In this document: positions 49,801 through 60,162 of the stretch, piece after piece
Layout: each line of letters starts with the position of its first letter
Position numbering within the stretch: position 1 is the first letter of the stretch
From: Haliotis rufescens
Taxonomy: Eukaryota
DNA: 64,000 bases
Assembly (NCBI RefSeq): GCF_023055435.1
Contig: NW_025963791.1
Span: 15,128,001-15,192,000 of the forward strand
Reading direction: 5' to 3'
Made by a program: the position numbers and the translations under genes
The notes under the pieces: model-generated
What the model was told of the DNA's origin: nothing
Database searches by the model: none
What the model saw: the letters and a program-made list of their open reading frames with translations, nothing else

Positions 49801-52800
49801 TTGATGCTGCTTCTGATGCTGTGACTCACTGTATCATCATGTACTCTCTGCTACTGATGTGCCTCCCCCACTCTTCTACTCACTACTGCTTGACAGTACT
49901 TATGTCTGCCCAATGTGCCCCTAATACTTACGACTGCCCAATGTGCCCCAGTACTTATGTCTGCCCAATGTGCCCCCAGTACTTACGTCTGCCCAATGTG
50001 CCCCTAGTACTTACGTCTGCCCAATGTGCCCCAGTGCTTACGTCTGTCTTATGTGTCCCCTGTTACGTCTGCCTTATGTGCCCCCAGTACTTACGTCTGC
50101 CCCATGTGCCCCCAGTACTTACGTCTGCCCAATGTGCCCCTAGTACTTACGTCTGCCCAATGTGCCCCAGTACTTACGTCTGTCTTATGTGCCCCCTGTT
50201 ACGTCTGCCTTATGTGCCCCCAGTACTTACGTCTGCCCCATGTGCCCCCAGTACTTACATCTGCCCAATGTGCCCCTAGTACTTACGTCTGCCCCATGTG
50301 CCCCCAGTACTTACCTCTGTCTTATGTGCCCCCTGTTACGTCTGCCTTATGTGCCCCCAGTACTTACGTCTACCCAATGTGCCCCCAGTACTTACGTCTG
50401 TTTTATGTGCCCCCTGTTACGTCTGCCTTATGTGCCCCCAGTACTTACGTCTGCCTGATGGGGCCTCCTGAGTTTCCTCCAGGGCCTTCTCTAGGTCCTC
50501 CTTCAGTCCCTTGTTCTCTGACTGCAGCTGCTCGTTGACTTTACTGAGTCGGAGCACAGTCTGATTCAGCGCCTTCACCTTTGCACCACTTTCCTTTCCT
50601 GATCTAAAAGAGCAACAAATGTTAATCCTTGTTTGTTGATTGTTTTGTTAAAGAAAACTCTAGTATTCCATATGTTTGTTTGGCATAATGTTTACACAGA
50701 TACCAAGGTATGATTTTCCCTATGGTTTACTGAACATGACCTACAACTGTTATCATCAGTTTCACATATTCACTTTTCACGCAAAAGATATGTGTTTACA
50801 TCAGACAGATTTTAGCTTATCCCTGGTGAAAGATGGAGTACATGACACACTAACATCATGAACAAACTACAGACTGCTCTTGACCTACAATGGAGGTCAC
50901 AAGGTCACACATTATCAGTTAGTAGTCTTAACCTATGGAGGTCACATACACACATTATCAGTTAGTGGCCTTACACAATAGAGGTCACATACAAACATCA
51001 GTAACTGGCCTTAGCCAATGAAGGTCACATACAAACACTATCAGCTAGTGGCCTTGCACTGTGGAGGTCACACATAAACATTAGTCAGTGGCCTTGTCCT
51101 ATGGAGGTCACATACAAAAATGATCAGTTAGTGGCCTTGTCCTATGGAGGTCACATACAAACATTATCAGTTAGTGGCCTTGTCCTATGGAGGTCACATA
51201 CAAACATTATCAGTTAGTGGCCTTGTCCTATGGAGGTCACATACAAACATTATCAGTTAGTGGCCTTGTCCTATGGAGGTCACATACAATCATTATCAGT
51301 TAGTGGCCTTGTCCTATGGAGGTCACATACAAACATTATCAGCTAGTGGCCATGCTCTGTGGAGGTCACACATAAACATTAGTCAGTGGCCTTGTCCTAT
51401 GGAGGTCACATACAAACATTATTAGTAAGTGGCCTTATCCTTTGGAGGTCACACTCAAAACATTATCACTTAGTGGCCTTACACTACGGAGGTCACACAA
51501 AAACATTATTAGTAAGTGGCCTTGTCCTATGGAGGTCACATACAAACATCAGTCAGTGGCCTTACCCAATGGAGGTCAGATACAAACATCAGTCAGTGGC
51601 CTTACCCAATGGAGGTCACATACAAACATCAGCTAGTGGCCTTACCCAATGGAGGTCACATACAAACATCAGCTAGTGGCCTTACCCAATGGAGGTCACA
51701 TACAAATATTATCAGTAAATCTTGATCTACAATGGAGGTCACAAGGTCACACATTATCAGTTAGTAGTCTTAACCTATGGAGGTCACATACACACATTAT
51801 CAGTTAGTGGCCTTGTCCTATGGAGGTCACATACAAACATCAGTCAGTGGCCTTACACAATGGAGGTTACATAAAAACATCAGTTAGTGGCCTCACACAA
51901 TGGAGGTCACATACAAACATCAGTCCTTGGCCTTACACTATTGAGGTCACACACAAACATCAGTCAGTGGCCTTACACAATGGAGGTCACATACAAACAT
52001 CAGTTAGTGGCCTTACACAATGGAGGTCATACACAAACATCAGTCAGTGGTCTTTCACTATTGAGGTCACATACAAACATCAGTTAGTGGCCTTACACAA
52101 TTGAGGTCACACACAAACATCGGTCAGTGGCCTTACACAATGGAGGTCACATACAAACATCAGTTAGTGGCCTTACACAATGGAGGTCACACACAAACAT
52201 CAGTCAGTGGTCTTTCACTATTGAGGTCACATACAAACATCAGTTAGTGGCCTTACACAATGGAGGTCATACACAAACATCAGTCAGTGGCCTTTCACTA
52301 TTGAGGTCACACACAAACATTAGTTAGTGGCCTTACACTATTGAGGTCACACACAAACATCAGTCAGTGGCCTTTCACTATTGAGGTCACATACAAACAT
52401 TAGTTAGTGGCCTTTCACTATTGAGGTCACACACAAACATCAGTCAGTGGCCTTACCCGATGGAGGTCACACACAAACATTAGTTAGGGGGCTTACACTA
52501 TTGAGGTCATACACAAACATCAGTCAGTGGCCTTTCACTATTGAGGTCACATACACACATTAGTTAGTGGCCTTACACAATGGAGGTCACACACAAACAT
52601 CAGTCAGTGGCCTTTCACTATTGAGGTCACATACAAACATCAGTTAGTGGCCTTACCCAATGGAGGTCACACACAAACATCAGTCAGTGGCCTTACCCAA
52701 TGGAGGTCACACACAAACATCAGTCAGTGGTCTTTCACTATTGAGGTGATACACAAACATCAGTTAGTGGCCTTACCCAATGGAGGTCACACACAAACAT

Positions 52801-55800
52801 CAGTCAGTGGCCTTACCCAATGGAGGTCACACACAAACATCAGTCAGTGGTCTTTCACTATTGAGGTCACACACAAACATCAGTTAGTGGCCTTACCCAA
52901 TGGAGGTCACACACAAACATCAGTTAGTGGCCTTACCCAATGGAGGTCACACACAAACATCAGTCAGTGGCCTTTCACTATTGAGGTCACATACAAACAT
53001 CAGTCAGTGGCCTTACCCGATGGAGGTCACACACAAACATCAGTTAGTGGCCTTTCACTATTGAGGTCACATACAAACATCAGTCAGTGGCCTTACCCGA
53101 TGGAGGTCACACACAAACATCAGTCAGTGACCTTTCACTATTGAGGTCACACACAAACATCAGTCAGTGGCCTTACCCAATGGAGGTCATACACAAACAT
53201 CAGTCAGTGGCCTTACCCAATGGAGGTCATACACAAACATCAGTCAGTGGCCTTACCCAATGGAGGTCACACACAAACATCAGTTAGTGGCCTTTCACTA
53301 TTGAGGTCACATACAAACATCAGTCAGTGGCCTTACCCGATGGAGGTCACACACAAACATCAGTTAGTGGCCTTTCACTATTGAGGTCACATACAAACAT
53401 CAGTCAGTGGCCTTTCACTATTGAGGTCACACACAAACATCAGTCAGTGGCCTTACCCAATGGAGGTCATACACAAACATCAGTCAGTGGCCTTACCCAA
53501 TGGAGGTCACACACAAACATCAGTCAGTGGCCTTACCCAATGGAGGTCATACACAAACATCAGTCAGTGGCCTTACCTAATGGAGGTCATACACAAACAT
53601 CAGTCAGTGGCCTTACCCTCAGGATGACATGTACCTGCTATTAATCTCCTATAATCCTTGAGAATGATCTTTTACATTGGATAAGATAATGTTACAAAGC
53701 TATATATTTAACATGACAACCCTACGAAATCTCAATATACAATCGCAGGCACATTCAAGCAATCCTCATAACTTTTATTTACGCGCAAACAATCTTCTAA
53801 AGAACTGAAGGGTGAGATGTACCTAGATTTGTCAGCACCAGTGTCGTGGGAGTTCTGCAAGCGGAGCAGTTCCTGGTAGAGAACCTCCATCTGTATCTTC
53901 ATCTCCTCCACCCTCGTTGTCTTCAGCTCACTCACCAGCTTCCTGCAACATCACCATCATTGCATTTAGTCATAAAACCCATTCCATGATGCTTAATTAA
54001 TGTCTTCATATGTTATACATAAAACCATATCTGAGACAATGCACTGCAGATGCTTAGTCGCACATGGGAGCCTTCATTGTTGCTAACACACTGCATATCA
54101 TTACTTACTGTCATAAGCCTTTCTTGTTGCCATGACAACACAAAGTATACCATCCCTTATCCTTATGAGCCTTCATTGTTGCTATGACAACACACTGCAT
54201 ATCATTATGTACCCTCACGAGCCTACCTCCTCAGAATGACAGCACACATATATTATCACTTACACATATAAGGCTTCCTTGTTGCCTTGACAACACAATG
54301 TATATCATCACTTTCACAAATGAGGCTTCCTTGTTGCCATGACAATACACTGTATATCATCACTTACACATATGAGGCTTCTTTGTCTCGGAGCTGCATC
54401 TCTAGCTTGAGGATCTTCTGCTTAAGGCTGTGTATGACTGCACCAGTGTCGGGTTTTCTATCTCCCATCGTCCGTCGCAGCTCCTCATTCTGTCACACAA
54501 ACAACCAATCATCAAGAAGACACAGATGATGTCATAATAATAAACCTTTCTTATGTGAATGAGTATCTGCTTTGTTTTTGTGACATGTTCAGCTTGTCCT
54601 AGGGACTTATCTTGATGGTAAGCAAAATGTATTTCCTAAATCCAAATAATAGCTTATGAAGTTCAGAAAAGAATTAACGTAATAATTGTATACATATGAA
54701 ATACAATTCCACTAAATCTCACCTTTTCCGGGTGAAGTAGGCCATCAATCTCCTTCTCCTGGAAGTATACAAACCAACATCACGTGATCAATAGAAAATA
54801 GCTGGTTAGCTGTAACAGTAGTTTACAGGTTTGTATTTGACCAGATATGACATTCCTTTAAGAAACATTCAAAACTAACCACCTTCAAAGTTTGATTTTT
54901 CATTTCAACAACAAAAACATGTTGTTATCTTGACAAAACATATACCTTTTTAATATTGTCTTCTTCCAGACGTCTCACTTTTGCCTTCATTGTTGAGTTG
55001 TCCTGACTGAGGGAGGAGATGTGCTGTCACAATGGAAACAATCATATTCCTCATAAGGTTTACACAAAGTCTTCATACAATAATCAGGGCTTATTAAGTT
55101 CAACTCATATTTATCCTTTTCTGCACAGTAATTTTACAATAAAACATCTAAATCTGTTTTGGTGTGTTTGAAAATTGAAAAGCTCCAATAAACCCACTTC
55201 TATTACTTGTGTAAACATCATATAGATCTGCACCAAACAGACACCTCCTACCTTTTTTAAGTCCAGGATATCATCATAGTATTCCTCTGGGGACTTATAT
55301 GCTGGGGTGCCTGCATGAGCCTTGGCTGCAAACAGAGGGTCACTTTGAGTCAACTCCTCAAAACTAGGCCACAATCATAATCATTCTTACATTATTTGAA
55401 AGAATGAAAACCATATATTCTGTGCCTGAACTCTTTGGAGCCATGTTGGCAATTACAAACAGCATTGCATGTGTGTCACTTACAATCTTCAATAGCAATG
55501 TGTTATCTTCACACAATACCTGTATCCTGTGTATGCATCTTAAGTCTGAACAATGAAGTCTGACTGTCTAATGTTGTAAACAGATCCATCATGTACTTAT
55601 CAGAGACACAGTTGAAGTGATCACCCACCTGTGGGGTCGTCCATGTTCCTCCGTGGCTTCTCCGTCCCCATCATCTGGCGCATGTAGTGGCTGGTGCTGA
55701 GGTAGGCCAGGTTCAAGTCATTGCCTTTCTTCAGACCTGTCATAGCGTTTCCTGAACTCTCTGTGCTCATGCCTGTCACAAACAAGGGCAGGTCAACAGC

Positions 55801-58767
55801 TGGGTCATCCACACGTGAAACTCTCTCACTTGGATTTGGGTGATCGGGTAGCCTAGTGGTTAAGGCCGATGACCTGGGTACAATGTGTGAAGCTCATTTC
55901 TGGTGTCCCCCACCGTGATATTGCTTGAATATTGCTAAAAGCGGCGTAACACCATATTCACTCACTCACTTGGATTTACTGGAAACCACTCCATTTGGTC
56001 AAATATATGCAGTCATTGAAAATCACCTGTCCTCAACCAAAATAAACACTTACCTAACCCTAAAATCCAAATCTATAACTATTAACAGTAAGTCACCAAA
56101 GCCACAAGAACCTTGCTGAGTTATGGCAGGGTTGCAAACAGGATGGACTTCTTGAAAATCTTACCAGTCCTTCTCAAACGTTGCCAGTCCCAATGTCCTG
56201 GTATCAAAAGTATAACAATTATCTCCAGAACTATTATTAGTATTCATGGTAGAAGTCATACTAACTATGAATAACAACAAATATCCTAAATTCCAGCTCA
56301 GGGATGTAATGACACTAGTGTCATAAATTAATGCTACTAAAATTACGACCTGGATAATTTTTATAATCTACACATCCCTCATCATACTCATGGAATCAGT
56401 CCGTCATGGGTGGCTACTTGCGACTCTGTTTATGAGTGTCATGAGTACTCAGTCAAACCAACGACGAAATATCAAAGAAAAGTAGAATAATATTATTCAT
56501 TTCAATGCTTCATAAGCATGATAAGGATTTTGGGTAAAACTAAGTATATCGGACCTCATGCTTGTCGTGACCAGTGAAGATCCGGGTACAGAATAGGTCT
56601 GCAGCAACCCATGCTTGTCGTAAGAGGTGACTAACAGGATTGGTTAGTTAGGCTCGCTGACTTGGTTGATGCTTATCCCAGTTGCGTAGATCAATGCTCA
56701 TGATGTCAATCACTGGATTGTCTGGTTCAGACTTGGTTATTTACGGCAGTCTGTAAATAATCGAGTCTGGACCAGGGACCCGTTCCACAAAGCGATCTTA
56801 GCGCTACGACTGTCGTTAGTCAGTGTTGAAGAATGGGAGTTACGATCGACTTAGCGCTAAGATCGCTCTGTGGAACGGGGCCCAGACAATCCAGTGATTG
56901 ACTCATGAGCATTGATCCATCAATTGGTTTACAGTGACATGCATCAACCAAGTCAGCGAGTCTGACCACCTGATCCCGTTAGTCGGCTCTTATGACAAGC
57001 ATGGTCGCCTTTTACGGCAAGCATGGGTCGGTGAAGACCTATCCTACCCCGGATCTGTAATTATGATGACAGGGTTGTAAAAATGTGTCACTTTAGTGTT
57101 GTGAGTTGTTGTGCCCAGAACAGAAGATACAGAACATTGCTGATTTAATCAGTTTGTTTTGTCAAGACTTGATATAGTTGAATGTGGTAGATATTGAATA
57201 ATACTTACCCACGCCGGTTTTACGAAGAGTGTCAACCCAAAACTCAATTGGAGTCTTGTGATGAGGGGTGTCTGGATGGCGGCCATTTGCAATTCCCACT
57301 AGAGATTGAATAATATTTTATGAAATCACCTAAGGAAATCCCTTTATCATGTTTATAATCATCTTATTCACACACATTCACTTTGAATATACATTTACAT
57401 TGACTTCAAAGTCGGGGTTTTTTCAAACTAGCATTATATATATTTTGAAATTGCTCACCATTAGTCAATGGAGGAGTAGGCTCTTTTTGGAGTGAAAAAA
57501 TCTCTTAAGATGAAAAACTATTGGATTTCTGTTGCATAAAAACACTTTTATAAGTTGGTTTGATTTCTTCTTAGTATCTGGTATTAACTTTGACATTAAG
57601 CATATATTGTATCTGATATTTTACTATGCGATTAATGATTAAGTATGTTTAGTATCTGTCGCTATATGGCTGAAATAATGCTGATGTGACGTTAAATAGC
57701 ATGTTTATAAGAAGTACCATCATTAAAATAAAATAAAATAAAATAAAATAAAATAAAATAAAATAAAATAAAATAAAATAAAATAAAATAAATGAAATGA
57801 AAAAAGTCAACAAATCAATGAAACTTTATATAATTCTATATTAATTTTTGAATCAATTGAAACTCACATGTCTGTCGTTTCTTGATGGCAGTCATCCACA
57901 AATCTTTACCAAGCTTAGGCTTTGCTTTGTTTGGAGATCCTGGAAATTAGGATCTCATAATCAGTGAAACTTTAGCGAATTCATTCACAAAATATTTGTG
58001 CAGAAGTTTCATCTTGATATTATGACCTATTCAACAGGTTCAAAAAGTCCAAGTTGCCATCAGCAGACTGATCAGTAAGCAAATCATATATTATCGTGAA
58101 ATCATGATTAATATTATGATCATGATCATGATTTGTATCCAGTTCTGAATTTTGAAATGTTACCGTTTATACTAAATCATAAAAACTAAATATCCCTATT
58201 GCCAGGTGGACCAAGACATCCTTCAAATTTATTGTTTTGTAAATTTCACTCCCATTTATGGAAGTGCAAATTTGAAAATACTGAGGGGATGGTAATCACT
58301 CTTTTGTTATCACCACCGGCCATGACAGAGAAATCATTAAAGATTTATTAACCTTATTTTGTATATTGACACAAGAGTGGCACGGCAGCCTATACAAACA
58401 TATTCTTCACACTCACCTGGTCTGCGACCTGTCTTCTTGGTTTTCTTAGCAGGAGCTGTAATTAACCAGGATGTTCAACATCGTCACCGTCACTATACAT
58501 ATTACATGCTGTTTACTTGAACCATGTTAACATAGACCTAGATACTACATCACAAGCTACAATCATCTGTCTCAAAACAACTGATGCTGTACGCCCTGAG
58601 ACTGTTTTATTATTCAGGACATTACACTGCTGGTGGCCACTTTGAAAACAATCAGTGTGAAGCAATATATTTTACTTTGTATATTTGTAAGCATAGTAAG
58701 AGAATATACCAAATGGTTATTTTACACACATACCTGACTTGTATCGTGGAGGCTTGTTTCTAGATAT
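37845..58767 (-). CDS. IQCE: IQ domain-containing protein E, 22 exons (663 codons + stop), 5'-partial
   Basis: Exons 58734-58767, 58417-58455, 57868-57939, 57209-57298, 55629-55772, 55252-55325, 54946-55023, 54723-54758, 54368-54489, 53823-53942, 50449-50603, 49617-49675, 47247-47328, 46490-46622, 45708-45773, 45458-45578, 45024-45116, 41882-41977, 39060-39250, 38563-38654, 38362-38387, 37845-37913. All GT-AG and phase-consistent. IQCE-like GTPAYKSPEEYYDDILDLKK, KVRRLEEDN, VIHSLKQKILKLE, ELKTTRVEEMKIQME; IQ motifs such as IQSALRGH. Start exon not identified. Confidence 0.88.
38085..38300 (-). mobile_element. SINE-like family B
   Basis: Family B pattern on the minus strand. Confidence 0.82.
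38690..39000. repeat. ~91-bp tandem repeat (3+ units) in IQCE intron
   Basis: ACACTTGCCTCTTGACAGGATAAATATCCCCTAAAAAGATACAATGAATGGTCCCTTAGC...TAGGAGCATCACAAT repeated. Confidence 0.85.
40539..40926. mobile_element. Cluster of three palindromic Harbinger-like MITEs
   Basis: Copies at 40539-40644, 40648-40754 and ~40818-40926; the first two are joined by a single CTG. Confidence 0.8.
42414..42814. mobile_element. MITE with CAGAGCTCCAGATAA TIRs, copy 1
   Basis: TIRs at both ends (1 mismatch); 6-bp TSD AGAATA; collinear with the copy at 59411. Confidence 0.85.
43078..44145. repeat. 38/39-bp minisatellite with higher-order structure in IQCE intron
   Basis: Unit CCATCTCCCTTAATGCTCTGACCTCAATCTTGACCCAAC; a five-variant 194-bp block recurs (43227 vs 43421). 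Confidence 0.95.
47115..47221. mobile_element. Palindromic Harbinger-like MITE
   Basis: GGCCCCGTTCCACAAAGCGATCGTAGCGCTA...TAGCGCTACGATCGCTTTGTGGAACGGGGCC; CAG TSD. Confidence 0.85.
47634..49508 (-). mobile_element. 5'-truncated, 5'-inverted L1/Tx1-type non-LTR retrotransposon
   Basis: 16-bp TSD GAGAATGGCATAATAT (47618-47633 / 49509-49524); A-rich 3' tail. Minus segment encodes WNNKPDKI...GGLRMVD...zf-RVT CCFC..ENLIHVYWEC. Plus segment 49147-49505 encodes the preceding RT part (SGLKINIDKT...NLTLIGKITVIKSL...KILFSFF). Confidence 0.92.
49890..50456 (-). repeat. ~23-28-bp minisatellite containing IQCE exon end and GTAAGT donor
   Basis: Minus-strand unit ...CACATTGGGCAGAC|GTAAGTACTGGGGG, ~20 copies starting at the true donor (50448). 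Confidence 0.93.
50880..53616 (-). repeat. 40(-43)-bp minisatellite (~65 units) in IQCE intron
   Basis: Plus-strand unit TGGAGGTCACACACAAACATCAGTCAGTGGCCTTACCCAA; source of the spurious ORFs at 51386-53644. Confidence 0.97.
54040..54381 (-). repeat. Degenerate 52-bp repeat (~6 units) containing IQCE exon end/donor and X-box-like motifs
   Basis: Plus-strand unit GGCTTCCTTGTTGCCATGACAACACACTGTATATCATCACTTACACATATGA; the last unit overlaps exon 54368-54489. Confidence 0.8.
55838..55969 (+). mobile_element. SINE family A, internally deleted
   Basis: GGGTAGCCTAGTGGTTAAG...CACTCACTCAC; flanking CACTTGGATTT repeat. Confidence 0.8.
56571..57056. mobile_element. Tail-to-tail inverted pair of family B elements
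   Basis: Plus copy 56571-~56744 abuts minus copy ~56744-57056; both lack the 3' tail; a MITE sits in the second. Confidence 0.8.
56776..56882. mobile_element. Palindromic Harbinger-like MITE inserted in a family-B SINE
   Basis: Splits the SINE consensus TCTGGAC-CAG-ACAATCC and duplicates CAG, which defines the 3-bp TSD. Confidence 0.88.
57724..57793. repeat. (TAAAA)n microsatellite
   Basis: Direct reading. Confidence 0.95.
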
Positions 58768-58859
58768 CTGAAACATAATTTATTGAAATTGTCACAAGGA
58801 ACATGTGAGAAATACAGATTTATCTCCCTTTACATTATCTTTATCTTTACATTATTAAA

Positions 58860-59287
58860 ATGGTGTTTAACATCCCATTCAACATGTTCAAGATAATTTC
58901 ATTCATATAGCAGTGTGAAGGAACAAGTGTGTAACAGCTTGTTCTGGTCCAGACTTAAGTCAGCCTTAGTATGCTAGCCCACTGAGATACCACTAACTTC
59001 CAGCCCGCCAGTCATTGTTTTATCCCCTAAATACAGTGCACCAGGCAGGGTAACAAGTAACATCTGTTAACATGTTTTGGAATAAAACAGTCAGGGGATC
59101 GAACAACTGATGAATACCCCACTCAGACACAGTATACTGACTCCGAGCCAACTAGTCCTTGTTTTAGCCCATTAACGCCAAGCGCCAGACAGGGTAACAA
59201 CAAGCACCAACTTTTAACGTCTTTTGGTTTGATGCCGCCGGGTTTTGATTCCCGGACCTTCCGCTCCACTAGACCACGGAGGTGGTC
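58860..59287 (-). mobile_element. Two partial family C SINE copies
   Basis: GCCAG(G/A)CAGGGTAACAA core twice; head ...CCACTAGACCACGGAGGTGGTC. Confidence 0.7.
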
Positions 59288-59410
59288 ATAAGAAACATAT
59301 AGAATTTGGGTAATGACCTGGTAATCATGGTAGTAACATTAACAAGCAGTCCCTTTACCATGTTTACAGTAACCTGTTTCATGTCACAAGGAATACATAT
59401 TTCACATGCC

Positions 59411-59856
59411 CAGAGCTCCAGATAACTTTTTGAGCAATTGAGTTTTTACTCTTGGGTTTCTGTTTTCATTGGGTTATTACATTTTTCTTTGGGTAACCAA
59501 TACTTTTTCACTCATCTATTCTTCACTCTTTTGGGTATTTCCCCAAAAGAGTGAACATTTTAAGATTAAAAAAATGAAATAATGTTTTAGATGTATATAA
59601 CCATGATAACTATTCTAAATATAAAGGCTGGACTCAGAAAGTAAATTAGCTCGTAATTGTGTTTCGGAAATTAGCTCCCTTGTACCCTTGCTGAAAAAGC
59701 TTCATTGGGTATTTACGGGTGCTGTTTTTATACATTTGAGTTTTTCATCATGTTCATTTAATGCATGCGTTTCTGTACGCAAGTTAGTAAAGGTAATTGG
59801 GTTTTGAATATTTTGGGGGGTATTTTACGCAAATACGCTGCTTATCTGGAGCTCTG
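59411..59856. mobile_element. MITE with CAGAGCTCCAGATAA TIRs, copy 2
   Basis: Perfect 15-bp TIRs; flanks CATGCC/CATGGC (6-bp TSD with 1 mismatch). Confidence 0.85.
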
Positions 59857-60162
59857 CATGGCATACCATGTATACATACCAGAGTTTCTGTGTCCTCAAG
59901 TTCATCATATTCAAAGTCCTCATCATAATGGTTCTGAAAAAATCATTGGATATTTAACAAAAACTTATATATTCTTCTGTAACAAGGGAAAATGTGAAAT
60001 ACCTTTAACCATCATATCAGCGGTGGAACAATACACAGATGCATGGAAGGATCACAGGTTTTTACTTCTCCATACAAGTACCATCATGACCATAGCAGTG
60101 GCACACTAAACAAAATATCAATACATACCTTAAAATTTCGTAATAACTGTTACACCAAACAC

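Noticed and set aside
49773-50538. Cys/Pro-rich ORFs resembling metallothionein or keratin-associated proteins
   Set aside because: Antisense translations of the donor-containing minisatellite in an IQCE intron.
51386-53644. Repetitive SHTNISQW ORFs
   Set aside because: 40-bp repeat cycling through three frames; no coding evidence.
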